A stretch of 32,000 nt of DNA from Mycolicibacterium smegmatis (GTDB taxonomy: Bacteria > Actinomycetota > Actinomycetes > Mycobacteriales > Mycobacteriaceae): positions 1,590,001 to 1,622,000 of the forward strand of contig NZ_LN831039.1 in NCBI RefSeq assembly GCF_001457595.1. The letters run 5' to 3'. The position numbers and the translations under genes were made by a program. Shown here piece by piece: positions 7,981-16,644 of this stretch. The notes under the pieces are model-generated. The model was given only the letters and a program-made list of their open reading frames with translations, had not been told where the DNA came from and did not search any database. The first letter of the stretch is position 1. The number at the start of each line of letters is the position of its first letter.

Positions 7981-8289
7981 GTGTCCACTCAGGTCGCCGA
8001 ACAGATCACCTTCGACCCGGATGTGAGCTGGCGTCTGCACCATCAGGTCGCGGTTCGGCCGGAGCCGTTCGGCGCCCTGCTGTACCACTTCGGGACGCGC
8101 AAGCTGTCGTTCCTGAAGAACCGAACGGTCGTCGAGGTGGTCAACTCGCTGGCTGACCACCCCGACGCCCGGTCGGCGCTGTGCGCCGCGGGGGTCGCCG
8201 ACGATCAGCAAGCGCCCTATCTGCACGCACTTGGCGTGCTCGTGCAGTCGAACATGCTCGTACCCGGGAATCCCGAAGGATCGCAATGA
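7981..8289 (+). CDS. mftB: mycofactocin precursor chaperone (PqqD-like RRE protein)
   Basis: GTG lies 2 nt after the mftA stop. The sequence VSTQVAEQITFDPDVSWRLHHQVAVRPEPFGALLYHFGTRKLSFLKN... is PqqD/RRE-like. It is the C-terminal part of track ORF 7654..8289. Confidence 0.9.
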   Translation: MSTQVAEQITFDPDVSWRLHHQVAVRPEPFGALLYHFGTRKLSFLKNRTVVEVVNSLADHPDARSALCAAGVADDQQAPYLHALGVLVQSNMLVPGNPEGSQ

Positions 8290-9464
8290 CTTCAGTTCAG
8301 CCCGTGCCCCGGTTGGTCGAACAGTTCGAGCGCGGACTCGACGCGCCGATCTGCCTCACCTGGGAGCTCACCTACGCGTGCAACCTCGCGTGTGTCCACT
8401 GCCTGTCCTCGTCGGGCAAGCGCGACCCGCGGGAGTTGTCGACGCAGCAGTGCAAGGACATCATCGACGAGCTCGAACGCATGCAGGTGTTCTACGTGAA
8501 CATCGGCGGCGGCGAGCCCACCGTGCGCTCGGACTTCTGGGAGCTGGTCGACTACGCCACCGCACACCACGTCGGAGTCAAGTTCTCCACCAACGGCGTT
8601 CGGATCACGCCCGAGGTCGCCGCGAAGCTCGCGGCCAGTGACTACGTCGACGTCCAGATCTCGCTGGACGGCGCCAACGCCGAGGTGAACGACGCCGTGC
8701 GCGGCAAGGGCTCGTTCGACATGGCCGTGCGCGCGCTGGAGAACCTGAGCAACGCAGGCTTCACCGACGCCAAGATCTCGGTGGTCGTCACGCGGCAGAA
8801 CGTCGACCAGCTCGACGAATTCGCCGCGCTGGCAGCACGTTACGGCGCCACACTGCGCATCACGCGGCTGCGGCCGTCCGGTCGGGGCGCCGATGTGTGG
8901 GACGATCTGCATCCCACCGCCGAACAGCAGCGCCAGCTGTACGACTGGCTCGTGGCCAAGGGTGACCGTGTGCTCACCGGCGACTCGTTCTTCCACCTGT
9001 CCGGGCTCGGCGCACCGGGTGCGCTCGCGGGTCTGAACCTGTGCGGCGCAGGCCGCGTGGTGTGCCTGATCGACCCGGTCGGCGACGTCTACGCCTGCCC
9101 GTTCGCGATCCACGACAAGTTCCTGGCCGGAAACATCCTGTCCGACGGTGGTTTCCAGAACGTCTGGCAGCACTCCGAGCTGTTCCGCGAACTGCGCGAA
9201 CCGCAGTCGGCCGGTGCCTGCGCAAGCTGCGGGCACTTCGACGCCTGCCGCGGTGGCTGCATGGCCGCCAAGTTCTTCACGGGGCTGCCGCTCGACGGCC
9301 CCGACCCCGAATGCGTCGAGGGCTGGGGCGCCCCGGCACTGGAGAAGGAACGCGTCAAACCCAAGCCCAGCGGTGACCACTCGCGGGGCACCAAACAAGG
9401 GCCGGTGGCGTTGAAGCTGCTGACCAAACCCCCGGCCCGGTTCTGCAACGAAAGTCCGGTGTGA
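8286..9464 (+). CDS. mftC: mycofactocin radical SAM maturase (SPASM domain)
   Basis: ATG 8286 overlaps the mftB stop as ATGA. CNLACVHC is the CX3CX2C cluster motif, and the Cys-rich C-terminal part (CGAG...C...CPF...CASCGHFDACRGGCMA) is a SPASM domain. Confidence 0.95.
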   Translation: MTSVQPVPRLVEQFERGLDAPICLTWELTYACNLACVHCLSSSGKRDPRELSTQQCKDIIDELERMQVFYVNIGGGEPTVRSDFWELVDYATAHHVGVKFSTNGVRITPEVAAKLAASDYVDVQISLDGANAEVNDAVRGKGSFDMAVRALENLSNAGFTDAKISVVVTRQNVDQLDEFAALAARYGATLRITRLRPSGRGADVWDDLHPTAEQQRQLYDWLVAKGDRVLTGDSFFHLSGLGAPGALAGLNLCGAGRVVCLIDPVGDVYACPFAIHDKFLAGNILSDGGFQNVWQHSELFRELREPQSAGACASCGHFDACRGGCMAAKFFTGLPLDGPDPECVEGWGAPALEKERVKPKPSGDHSRGTKQGPVALKLLTKPPARFCNESPV

Positions 9465-10660
9465 ACATGGCACGAGACATCTGGTTCGAGACCGTTGCGA
9501 TCGCCCAGCAAAGGGCCCGCAAGCGGCTTCCGAAATCCGTCTATTCCTCGCTCATCTCCGCGAGCGAGAAGGGCGTGACGGTCACCGACAACGTCGAGTC
9601 GTTCGCCGAGCTCGGTTTCGCACCGCACGTGGTGGGTGCGCCCGAGAAGCGCGACATGGCCACCACCGTGATGGGCCAACAGATTTCGTTGCCGGTCATC
9701 ATCTCGCCGACGGGCGTGCAGGCCGTGCACCCCGACGGCGAGGTCGCGGTTGCTCGGGCCGCCGCCGCGCGCGGTACCGCTATGGGTCTGTCCTCGTTTG
9801 CCAGCAAGCCGATCGAAGAGGTCGTCGCGGTCAACGACAAGATCTTCTTCCAGATCTACTGGCTGGGTGACCGTGACGCGATCCTCGCTCGTGCCGAGCG
9901 CGCGAAGGCAGCGGGTGCCGTCGGTCTGATCGTCACGACCGACTGGAGCTTCAGTCACGGCCGTGACTGGGGGAGTCCCAAGATCCCCGAGAAGATGGAT
10001 CTGAAGACGATGGTCACGATGATGCCCGAGGCGCTGACCAAGCCGCGCTGGCTGTGGCAGTGGGGCAAGACCATGCGTCCGCCGAACCTTCGGGTGCCCA
10101 ACCAGGGGGCGCGCGGCGAGGACGGCCCGCCGTTCTTTCAGGCCTACGGCGAGTGGATGGGCACGCCCCCGCCGACGTGGGAGGACATCGCCTGGCTGCG
10201 CGAGCAGTGGGACGGGCCGTTCATGCTCAAGGGCGTCATCCGCGTCGACGACGCCAAACGTGCTGTTGACGCGGGCGTTTCGGCGATCTCGGTGTCCAAT
10301 CACGGTGGCAACAACCTGGACGGCACACCCGCGGCCATTCGCGCCCTGCCGGTGATCGCCGAAGCGGTCGGCGACCAGGTCGAGGTATTGCTCGACGGTG
10401 GCATCCGCCGCGGCAGCGATGTCGTCAAGGCTGTCGCGCTGGGTGCGCGTGCGGTGATGATCGGACGCGCCTACCTGTGGGGTCTGGCCGCCGAGGGGCA
10501 GGCCGGGGTCGAGAATGTGCTCGACATCCTGCGCGGAGGTATCGACTCGGCGCTGATGGGCCTGGGGCGTTCGTCGATCCACGATCTGGTTCCCGAGGAC
10601 ATCCTCGTGCCGGAGGGCTTCACCCGCGCGCTGGGTGTACCGCCCGCATCCGGTTCGTGA
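9461..10660 (+). CDS. mftD: FMN-dependent alpha-hydroxyacid-oxidase-family enzyme (pre-mycofactocin synthase)
   Basis: LldD/glycolate-oxidase-like TIM-barrel motifs are present (ISLPVIISPTG, VSNHGGNNLDG, DGGIRRGSDVVKAVALGA). GTG 9461 overlaps the mftC stop as GTGA; ATG 9467 is an alternative start. Confidence 0.9.
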   Translation: MNMARDIWFETVAIAQQRARKRLPKSVYSSLISASEKGVTVTDNVESFAELGFAPHVVGAPEKRDMATTVMGQQISLPVIISPTGVQAVHPDGEVAVARAAAARGTAMGLSSFASKPIEEVVAVNDKIFFQIYWLGDRDAILARAERAKAAGAVGLIVTTDWSFSHGRDWGSPKIPEKMDLKTMVTMMPEALTKPRWLWQWGKTMRPPNLRVPNQGARGEDGPPFFQAYGEWMGTPPPTWEDIAWLREQWDGPFMLKGVIRVDDAKRAVDAGVSAISVSNHGGNNLDGTPAAIRALPVIAEAVGDQVEVLLDGGIRRGSDVVKAVALGARAVMIGRAYLWGLAAEGQAGVENVLDILRGGIDSALMGLGRSSIHDLVPEDILVPEGFTRALGVPPASGS

Positions 10661-10694
10661 GGTCCTCCCGCGGGGCGTGACAGGGGTGGCAGAA

Positions 10695-10715
10695 GGGGCG
10701 CACGGGATGCGCCCC
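10695..10715 (+). promoter_or_regulatory. GC-rich stem-loop in the mftD-mftE spacer (possible attenuator or processing site)
   Basis: GGGGCGCA (10695..10702) and TGCGCCCC (10708..10715) flank a CGGGA loop. There is no U-tract. The in-frame ATG at 10707 sits in the loop. Confidence 0.35.
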
Positions 10716-10805
10716 CTCTTGCGCACGGAAACTGACGGGAAATCGAACACTGCGTATGCGCGAACATCTGGCGCACGCCAGGTGAATTCGGCTTACCATC
10801 GGCAC

Positions 10806-11525
10806 GTGGCTTCTCCCAGCGGGCTCGGGAACTCGACGACGAGGCAGCTACACAGCACGGTGCCGATGTTGCTTGTCCCGGTTGGTTCCACCGAACAGCA
10901 TGGTCCGCACCTGCCGCTGGACACCGACACCAGGATCGCGGCAGCTGTGGCCGGCACCGTGGTCGAGCAGTTCGGTGCGCCCGCCGACCGCGCGGCGGTG
11001 GTGGCCCCTCCGGTGGCCTACGGCGCCAGCGGCGAGCACGAGGGATTTCCCGGAACCGTCTCGATCGGGACCGCCGCGCTGGAGCTTTTGCTGGTCGAAT
11101 ACGGGAGGTCGGCGTCGAAGTGGGCGTCTCGTATCGTCTTCGTCAACGGTCACGGCGGTAACGTCGAGGCCCTCGCCGCGGCCGTCGCGCTGCTGCGCTA
11201 CGAGGGACGCGACACGGGCTGGGTACCGTGCAGCGTGCCCGACGCCGACGCGCACGCGGGCCAAACCGAAACGTCCGTACTGCTACATATTTCACCCGAT
11301 GATGTATTGACCGATGAGCTCGTGTGCGGTAATACGGCCCCGTTGGGGGAGCTGATGCCACGCATGCGCAGCGGCGGTGTCGCGGCCGTCAGCGAACTCG
11401 GGATTCTGGGTGACCCGACGACCGCGACAGCCACCGAAGGGGAGCGTATCTTTGCTGAGATGGTCAACGGCTGCGCCGACCGGATCAAGCGGTGGCAGCC
11501 CGACCGGAACGGATTGCTGACATGA
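10806..11525 (+). CDS. mftE: creatininase-fold peptidase of mycofactocin maturation
   Basis: [20 protein letters not shown] and FVNGHGGN are creatinine-amidohydrolase family motifs. I chose GTG 10806, about 25 residues before PVGS, which is typical spacing. The track start at 10635 would overlap mftD, and that stretch has poor third-position GC. The start remains uncertain. Confidence 0.8.
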   Translation: MASPSGLGNSTTRQLHSTVPMLLVPVGSTEQHGPHLPLDTDTRIAAAVAGTVVEQFGAPADRAAVVAPPVAYGASGEHEGFPGTVSIGTAALELLLVEYGRSASKWASRIVFVNGHGGNVEALAAAVALLRYEGRDTGWVPCSVPDADAHAGQTETSVLLHISPDDVLTDELVCGNTAPLGELMPRMRSGGVAAVSELGILGDPTTATATEGERIFAEMVNGCADRIKRWQPDRNGLLT

Positions 11526-12934
11526 CCGGACCGAGACTGCCCGACGGTTTTGCCGTGCAGGTGGATCGCCGAGTCAAGGTGCTCGGGGAGGGCGCGGCGT
11601 TGCTGGGCGGCTCACCGACCCGCCTGCTGCGGTTGGCGCCGACGGCCCAGAACATGCTCAGCGGGGGGCGCCTGGAGGTTCACGACGCGGTGTCCGCGCA
11701 ACTCGCGCGAACCCTGCTCGACGCGACCGTCGCCCATCCGCGGCCCGCCAGCGGGCCGTCCCATCTGGACGTCACAGTGGTTGTCCCCGTACGGGACAAC
11801 GCATCCGGCCTGCACCGCCTGATGGCGGCACTGCGCGGGCTGCGAGTGATCGTGGTCGACGACGGCTCGGCGATCCCGGTGCAACCGTCCGACTTCTCCG
11901 GCATGCACTGCGACGTGCAGGTACTGAGGCACACCCGCAGCAACGGCCCCGCGGCCGCGCGTAACACCGGCCTCGCGGCGTGCGAGACGGATTTCGTGGC
12001 GTTCCTCGATTCCGACGTCGTGCCCAAACGCGGTTGGCTCGAAGCGCTGCTCGGGCATTTCTGCGATCCGGCCGTGGCGCTGGTGGCGCCCCGCATCGTG
12101 GGTCTGCACAACGCCGACAACATCGTGGCCCGGTACGAGTCCGTCCGGTCCTCGCTGGACCTCGGGGTGCGCGAGGCGCCCGTGGTGCCGCACGGCACGG
12201 TGTCGTACGTGCCGAGCGCGGCGATCATCTGCAGGCGGTCGGCGCTCGTGGAAGTGGGCGGGTTCGACGAGACCATGCACTCGGGGGAGGATGTCGACCT
12301 GTGCTGGCGCCTCGTCGAGTCAGGCGCCCGTCTGCGCTACGAACCGATCGCCCTGGTGGCGCACGATCACCGCACCAACCTGCGAGCGTGGTTCCACCGC
12401 AAGGCATTCTACGGAACATCCGCCGCTCCTCTGACGGTGCGCCACCCTGGTAAGACCTCGCCGCTGGTGATCTCGGGTTGGACACTGATGGTGTGGCTGA
12501 TGCTCGGGGTGGGCTCGTTCTTCGGCTACCTCGCTTCGCTCGCGGCGGCGGTGTTCGCGGGTACCCGCATCGCGCGGGCACTCAGCGTCGTCGAAACCGA
12601 ACCCAAGGAGGTCGCGGTGGTCGCCGCCCACGGCCTGTGGTCGTCGGCGTTGCAGTTGTGTTCGGCGATCTGTCGTCACTACTGGCCCATCGCGATGATC
12701 GCGGCGATGCTGTTCCGCCGGGCGCGGCACGCGGTGCTGGTGGCCGCGGTGGTGGACGGTGTGGTCGACTGGGTGACGCGACGCGGCAACGCCGACGACG
12801 ACACCAAACCGGTCGGACTGCTCACCCACATCGTGCTCAAGCGACTGGACGACATCGCCTACGGCACCGGTTTGTGGACCGGCGTGGTGCGCGAGCGTCA
12901 CCTCGGCGCGCTCAAGCCCCAGGTGCGGAGTTAG
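11522..12934 (+). CDS. mftF: GT2-family glycosyltransferase of mycofactocin biosynthesis, with a C-terminal membrane region
   Basis: ATG 11522 overlaps the mftE stop as ATGA. GT-A motifs are present ([29 protein letters not shown]), followed by hydrophobic helices. Confidence 0.9.
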   Translation: MTGPRLPDGFAVQVDRRVKVLGEGAALLGGSPTRLLRLAPTAQNMLSGGRLEVHDAVSAQLARTLLDATVAHPRPASGPSHLDVTVVVPVRDNASGLHRLMAALRGLRVIVVDDGSAIPVQPSDFSGMHCDVQVLRHTRSNGPAAARNTGLAACETDFVAFLDSDVVPKRGWLEALLGHFCDPAVALVAPRIVGLHNADNIVARYESVRSSLDLGVREAPVVPHGTVSYVPSAAIICRRSALVEVGGFDETMHSGEDVDLCWRLVESGARLRYEPIALVAHDHRTNLRAWFHRKAFYGTSAAPLTVRHPGKTSPLVISGWTLMVWLMLGVGSFFGYLASLAAAVFAGTRIARALSVVETEPKEVAVVAAHGLWSSALQLCSAICRHYWPIAMIAAMLFRRARHAVLVAAVVDGVVDWVTRRGNADDDTKPVGLLTHIVLKRLDDIAYGTGLWTGVVRERHLGALKPQVRS

Positions 12935-12943
12935 CCGCCGACT

Positions 12944-14359
12944 TTGAGTGACGTATTGATCGTCGGCGCGGGCAGCGCCGGATCGGTTTTGGCCGAACGC
13001 CTTTCGGTGGACCCGAGCTGTCAGGTCACGGTGGTCGAGGCCGGTCCGGCACCGTCGGATCCGCGGGTGGCCGCGCAGATCACCGACGGCGTGCGGCTAC
13101 CCATCGGCGCCGCGAGCTCGGTGGTGCGGCACTATGCGTCGACGCTGACCGAGGATCCGCCGCGGCGCACCGAGATCATCCGCGGTTCGGTGGTCGGCGG
13201 CTCCGGAGCGGTCAACGGTGGCTATTTCTGTCGCGGCCTGCCCACCGACTTCACCGCGTGGGCGGTTCCCGGATGGAGCTGGGACGATGTGCTGCCCCAT
13301 TTCCGTGCGATCGAGACCGACCTCGACTTCGCCACCGCGCTGCACGGCTCCGAAGGTCCGATCAAGGTGCGCCGGGTCCGCGAATTCGACGGCTGCACCG
13401 CGGCATTCGTCGACGCCGTATCCGCCGCGGGGTATGGCTGGATCGACGATCTCAACGGGTCGGATGCCGACGCGGCGTTGCCACCCGGCGTTGGCGCGGT
13501 GCCGCTGAACATCGACGGCGGAACCCGTCTCGGACCCGGAGGCGCCTACCTGCAGCCCGCACTCGACCGGCCCAATCTGCATCTGCGCGCCGACACCCGG
13601 GTGCGTCGCGTGCTGGTCGAGCATGATGCCGCGGTGGGTGTGGAATGCGTCGACGGTGCGATCCTGTACGCAGATCGAATCGTGTTGTCCGCCGGGGCCA
13701 TCGGCTCGGCACATCTGTTGCTGCTCTCAGGCATCGGGCCGGTGGGCGACTTGGCGGCCCACGGGATCGCGGTGGCGGCGAACCTACCTGTGGGGACGGC
13801 GACAGTCGACCACCCGGAGTGGGTGCTGCCGGTGGCCTGGACCCCCACACATGACCTGCCGCCGCTGGAAGCCGTGCTCACCACGGCCGACGGCATCGAG
13901 ATCCGGCCCTACACCGCGGGTTTCTCGGCGCTGGTGCACGGGCCCGAACACGACCCGGCCGAACTCCCACATCTCGGTGTCGCGCTCATGCGTCCGCATT
14001 CACGGGGCAGGGTGCGTCTCGCGTCGGCGGATCCGGCCGTGCCCCCGATCATCGAACACCGTTACGACACGGTCGCAGGGGATGTCGACGCGCTGCGCGC
14101 GGGCGCCGAACTTGCCCGCGAATTGGTAAGTCACGCAGTCAAAGTGGGGGAGGCCTCCTGGTCGACTTCGCAGCACCTCGCGGGGACCGCGCCGCTGAGT
14201 GCCGACGGGCAAGGCGTGCTGGACCCGACGTGCCGGGTACTCGGTGTCGAGCGGTTGTGGGTGGTCGACGGCTCGATCATGCCCGCCATCACCAGCCGCG
14301 GGCCGCACGCGACGATCGCGATGATCGGCCACCGCGCCGCCGAGTTCATCGCGACCTGA
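12944..14359 (+). CDS. mftG: GMC-family FAD oxidoreductase linked to the mycofactocin locus (Rv0697-like)
   Basis: DVLIVGAGSAGSVLAERLS is the GMC N-terminal ADP-binding fold, and C-terminal GMC signature regions are present. A TTG start lies 9 nt after mftF. The mftG symbol rests on synteny. Confidence 0.8.
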   Translation: MSDVLIVGAGSAGSVLAERLSVDPSCQVTVVEAGPAPSDPRVAAQITDGVRLPIGAASSVVRHYASTLTEDPPRRTEIIRGSVVGGSGAVNGGYFCRGLPTDFTAWAVPGWSWDDVLPHFRAIETDLDFATALHGSEGPIKVRRVREFDGCTAAFVDAVSAAGYGWIDDLNGSDADAALPPGVGAVPLNIDGGTRLGPGGAYLQPALDRPNLHLRADTRVRRVLVEHDAAVGVECVDGAILYADRIVLSAGAIGSAHLLLLSGIGPVGDLAAHGIAVAANLPVGTATVDHPEWVLPVAWTPTHDLPPLEAVLTTADGIEIRPYTAGFSALVHGPEHDPAELPHLGVALMRPHSRGRVRLASADPAVPPIIEHRYDTVAGDVDALRAGAELARELVSHAVKVGEASWSTSQHLAGTAPLSADGQGVLDPTCRVLGVERLWVVDGSIMPAITSRGPHATIAMIGHRAAEFIAT

Positions 14360-15920
14360 GCCGGCGGATCACCCGCAGCTGTTGCCCGTCGCGCCCGGGT
14401 CCCCAGATCCCGGTCAGCACCGCGGCCACCGCGACAACCGAACCCAGGATGATCACGGCCGAACCGGTCGCGTCCACGAACGCCTGCCGGGCCGTCTGGG
14501 CCAGTTCGGCACCCTGCGGTCCCATGTGCTCAGCCGCCGTGAGCGCCTCGGCGAGTGAATTGAGCGCGGGTCCGCGTACGGCCTCGGGCATCGCGCCGAG
14601 TGCGGGCGAGAGATGCCTCTCGTACTGCGCTGCGAGCACGGAACCGGCCACCGCGATGCCGAGCGCCGCGCCGATCTCGCGCGTGGTGTCGTTGACCGCG
14701 GACGCGACACCCTGTTTCTCGTCAGGTGCCGCGCCCATGATGGCAGACGTCACCGGTGCTGTGGACAGCCCGACACCGATGCTCATGATGAACAGTGGCC
14801 AGGCGAAATCGAAGTAGGTGGAACCTGTTTCGAGTGTGCACATGCACCACAACCCCACCGCGGTGACCAGCAGGCCGAGGAATGCCGTGAGGCGCAGGCC
14901 GAGCAGCGGCAGGTACAGGTGCGTGGTGGCGCCGAACGCCAAGATGGGTACGACCAAGGGGCACAAGGCGATAGCCGTCGCAATCGGGCTGTAACCCATG
15001 ATCAGCTGGATGTACTGCATGCTCACGAAGAAGAACCCGAAGGTCGCGAAGAACAGGAACGTCACCCCCGCCGAGCCCGTCGCGAAATTCGGGTCGCGGA
15101 ACAGGCGGACATCGAGCAGCGGGTGGGTGCGCCGCAACTGCACGGCGGTGAACGCCGCGGCCAGCGCGACACCGCCCGCCATCGCGCCCCACACCGACGG
15201 ATGCGTCCACCCGCGCACCGGAGCCTCGACAACACCGAACACGAACGCGGCCACCGCGGTACCGATGAGCGCGGCGCCGAGCCAGTCCAGCGGTGCGGCC
15301 GAGTCGTCGCGTGAGGAGGGCACCGTGCAGGTCACGATGAACAACCCGACCGAGGCGATCGTGAAGGTGACGAAGATCGACTGCCACGTCCAGAAGTGCA
15401 GCAGACCGCCCGTCACCAGGAAACCCACGATGGCGCCGGATCCGACCACGCCGGCCCAGACGCCAACGGCCTTGTTGCGCTCCGATTTCGGGAACGTCGC
15501 GGTGAGCAACGACAGCGTCGCGGGCATGATGAACGCCGCACCCGCCCCGGCCACCGCGCGGGCAACGATCAGCTGAACGGGACTGTCGAAGATCAGGGGT
15601 GCGGCCGATGCCAGGCTGAAAATTGCGAGCCCGATCAGCAGCGCACCGCGGCGACCGTACCGGTCGCCGACCGCTCCCGCAGGCAGCAGCAGGCACGCGA
15701 GCACCAGCGTGTATCCGTCGATCACCCACGTCAGCTGTGCCTGTGTCGCCGAGGTCTGGGTCGCGATGTCGGGGAGCGCGGCGTTGAGCGCGACCATCGA
15801 GGAGATCACGAGCGAGACGTCCAGGCACGCGACGATCAGCAGCCAGTAACGCTGGCGAACCGAGAGCTCGGCCATGCGCGAGTCGATATTCTGGCCGGGC
15901 TCGACGAGGGCGTCAGTCAT
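14346..15920 (-). CDS. MFS transporter, DHA2 (EmrB/QacA-like, 14-TMS) drug:H+ antiporter family
   Basis: This is the C-terminal 524 codons of track ORF 14346..16136. The start is ATG 15920 (MTDALVEPGQ...) behind GAAGGAAG. Motif A is GAVGDRYGRRGALL, and many TM helices follow. Confidence 0.85.
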   Translation of the reverse strand: MTDALVEPGQNIDSRMAELSVRQRYWLLIVACLDVSLVISSMVALNAALPDIATQTSATQAQLTWVIDGYTLVLACLLLPAGAVGDRYGRRGALLIGLAIFSLASAAPLIFDSPVQLIVARAVAGAGAAFIMPATLSLLTATFPKSERNKAVGVWAGVVGSGAIVGFLVTGGLLHFWTWQSIFVTFTIASVGLFIVTCTVPSSRDDSAAPLDWLGAALIGTAVAAFVFGVVEAPVRGWTHPSVWGAMAGGVALAAAFTAVQLRRTHPLLDVRLFRDPNFATGSAGVTFLFFATFGFFFVSMQYIQLIMGYSPIATAIALCPLVVPILAFGATTHLYLPLLGLRLTAFLGLLVTAVGLWCMCTLETGSTYFDFAWPLFIMSIGVGLSTAPVTSAIMGAAPDEKQGVASAVNDTTREIGAALGIAVAGSVLAAQYERHLSPALGAMPEAVRGPALNSLAEALTAAEHMGPQGAELAQTARQAFVDATGSAVIILGSVVAVAAVLTGIWGPGRDGQQLRVIRRLRSR

Positions 15921-15948
15921 GAGAGCTTCCTTCGTCAGGTGGAGTTTT

Positions 15949-15982
15949 GAGACTAACAGTCTCGTAGCGAGACGGTAAGTCT
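15949..15982. promoter_or_regulatory. candidate TetR operators in the MFS/TetR divergent region
   Basis: GAGACT-AAC-AGTCTC (15949..15963) is a perfect 6-bp-arm palindrome. A degenerate copy, GAGACGGTAAGTCT, lies at 15969..15982. Both are inside the 88-bp AT-richer intergenic region. Confidence 0.45.
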
Positions 15983-16008
15983 TGTTTTGTCGATGGAGGT
16001 GAGGCACC

Positions 16009-16644
16009 ATGACGCCCGGAAGCAACGATCCGCGTCCGGCGCGCTCGCGGGCGCGACTGCTGGAGGCGGCCACGGCGCTGTTGCGCTCCGGTGGGCCGAG
16101 CGCGGTCACCGTCGACGCGGTGACCCGCGCGGCCAACGTCGCCAGGGCGACGCTCTACCGCCACTTCCCGAGCGGAAACGACTTGCTGGCGGCGGCATTC
16201 CGCCAGCTGATACCCGCCGCGCCGACACCACCACAGGAGGGCACGCTGCGGGACCGGCTCATCGCGCTGGTGTCGGCGCAGGCCGAACTCATCGCCGAGG
16301 CCCCCGTCACCGTGACCGCGATGTCGTGGCTGGCATTGGGTGCCGACATGGAGCATCTGCCGTTGAGCGCGAGTCCGGAGGTGCTGTCACTGCGCGAGCG
16401 GGTGGCCGAGCAGTACGCCGCGCCGTTCGAGGCGATCTTCACCAGCCCGGAGGCCCGCGCGGAGTTGGGACACGTGGACCGCGCGCAGGCCGCCGCGTTG
16501 CTGCTGGGGCCCATCGTGCTGGGCAAGCTCAGCACGCTGCCCGAGTTCGACTACGCGGCGTGTGTGCGATCGGCGGTGGACGGCTTCCTGGCCACCCACC
16601 GCCGCACGGTCAGCGAACCGAATAGCGAATCGGCAGGTGCTTGA
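16009..16644 (+). CDS. TetR family transcriptional regulator
   Basis: HTH: LLEAATALLRSGGPSAVTVDAVTRAANVARATLYRHFPSGNDLL. It is divergent from the MFS pump. Confidence 0.9.
   Translation: MTPGSNDPRPARSRARLLEAATALLRSGGPSAVTVDAVTRAANVARATLYRHFPSGNDLLAAAFRQLIPAAPTPPQEGTLRDRLIALVSAQAELIAEAPVTVTAMSWLALGADMEHLPLSASPEVLSLRERVAEQYAAPFEAIFTSPEARAELGHVDRAQAAALLLGPIVLGKLSTLPEFDYAACVRSAVDGFLATHRRTVSEPNSESAGA

Noticed and set aside
7654-8289. Extended starts for mftB (7654) and mftC (8181) as given in the ORF track.
   Set aside because: The extensions would run through mftR, the promoter and mftA (for mftB), or through the mftB coding sequence (for mftC). The conserved family sequence begins at GTG 7981 for mftB and ATG 8286 for mftC.
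10620-10805. A 61-aa minus-strand ORF in the mftD-mftE spacer with a CxxC-N~24-CxxC pattern (CARC...CHPC). It superficially resembles a zinc-ribbon microprotein.
   Set aside because: Its codons include many A/T-ending and rare codons (AGA, ATA, TGT, AGT, GTT, CGA, TTT, ATT) that are atypical of coding DNA in this genome. It has a GTG start without a convincing Shine-Dalgarno, and it overlaps the mftD 3' end. It is recorded only as a long shot, testable by ribosome profiling.
10635-10805. An N-terminal extension of mftE from the ORF-track start at 10635, or from ATG 10707.
   Set aside because: It would overlap mftD by 26 nt. Third-position GC is low, the sequence is not creatininase-like, and the ATG at 10707 sits in a hairpin loop. 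GTG 10806 gives the usual ~25-residue spacing before the [11 protein letters not shown] motif.
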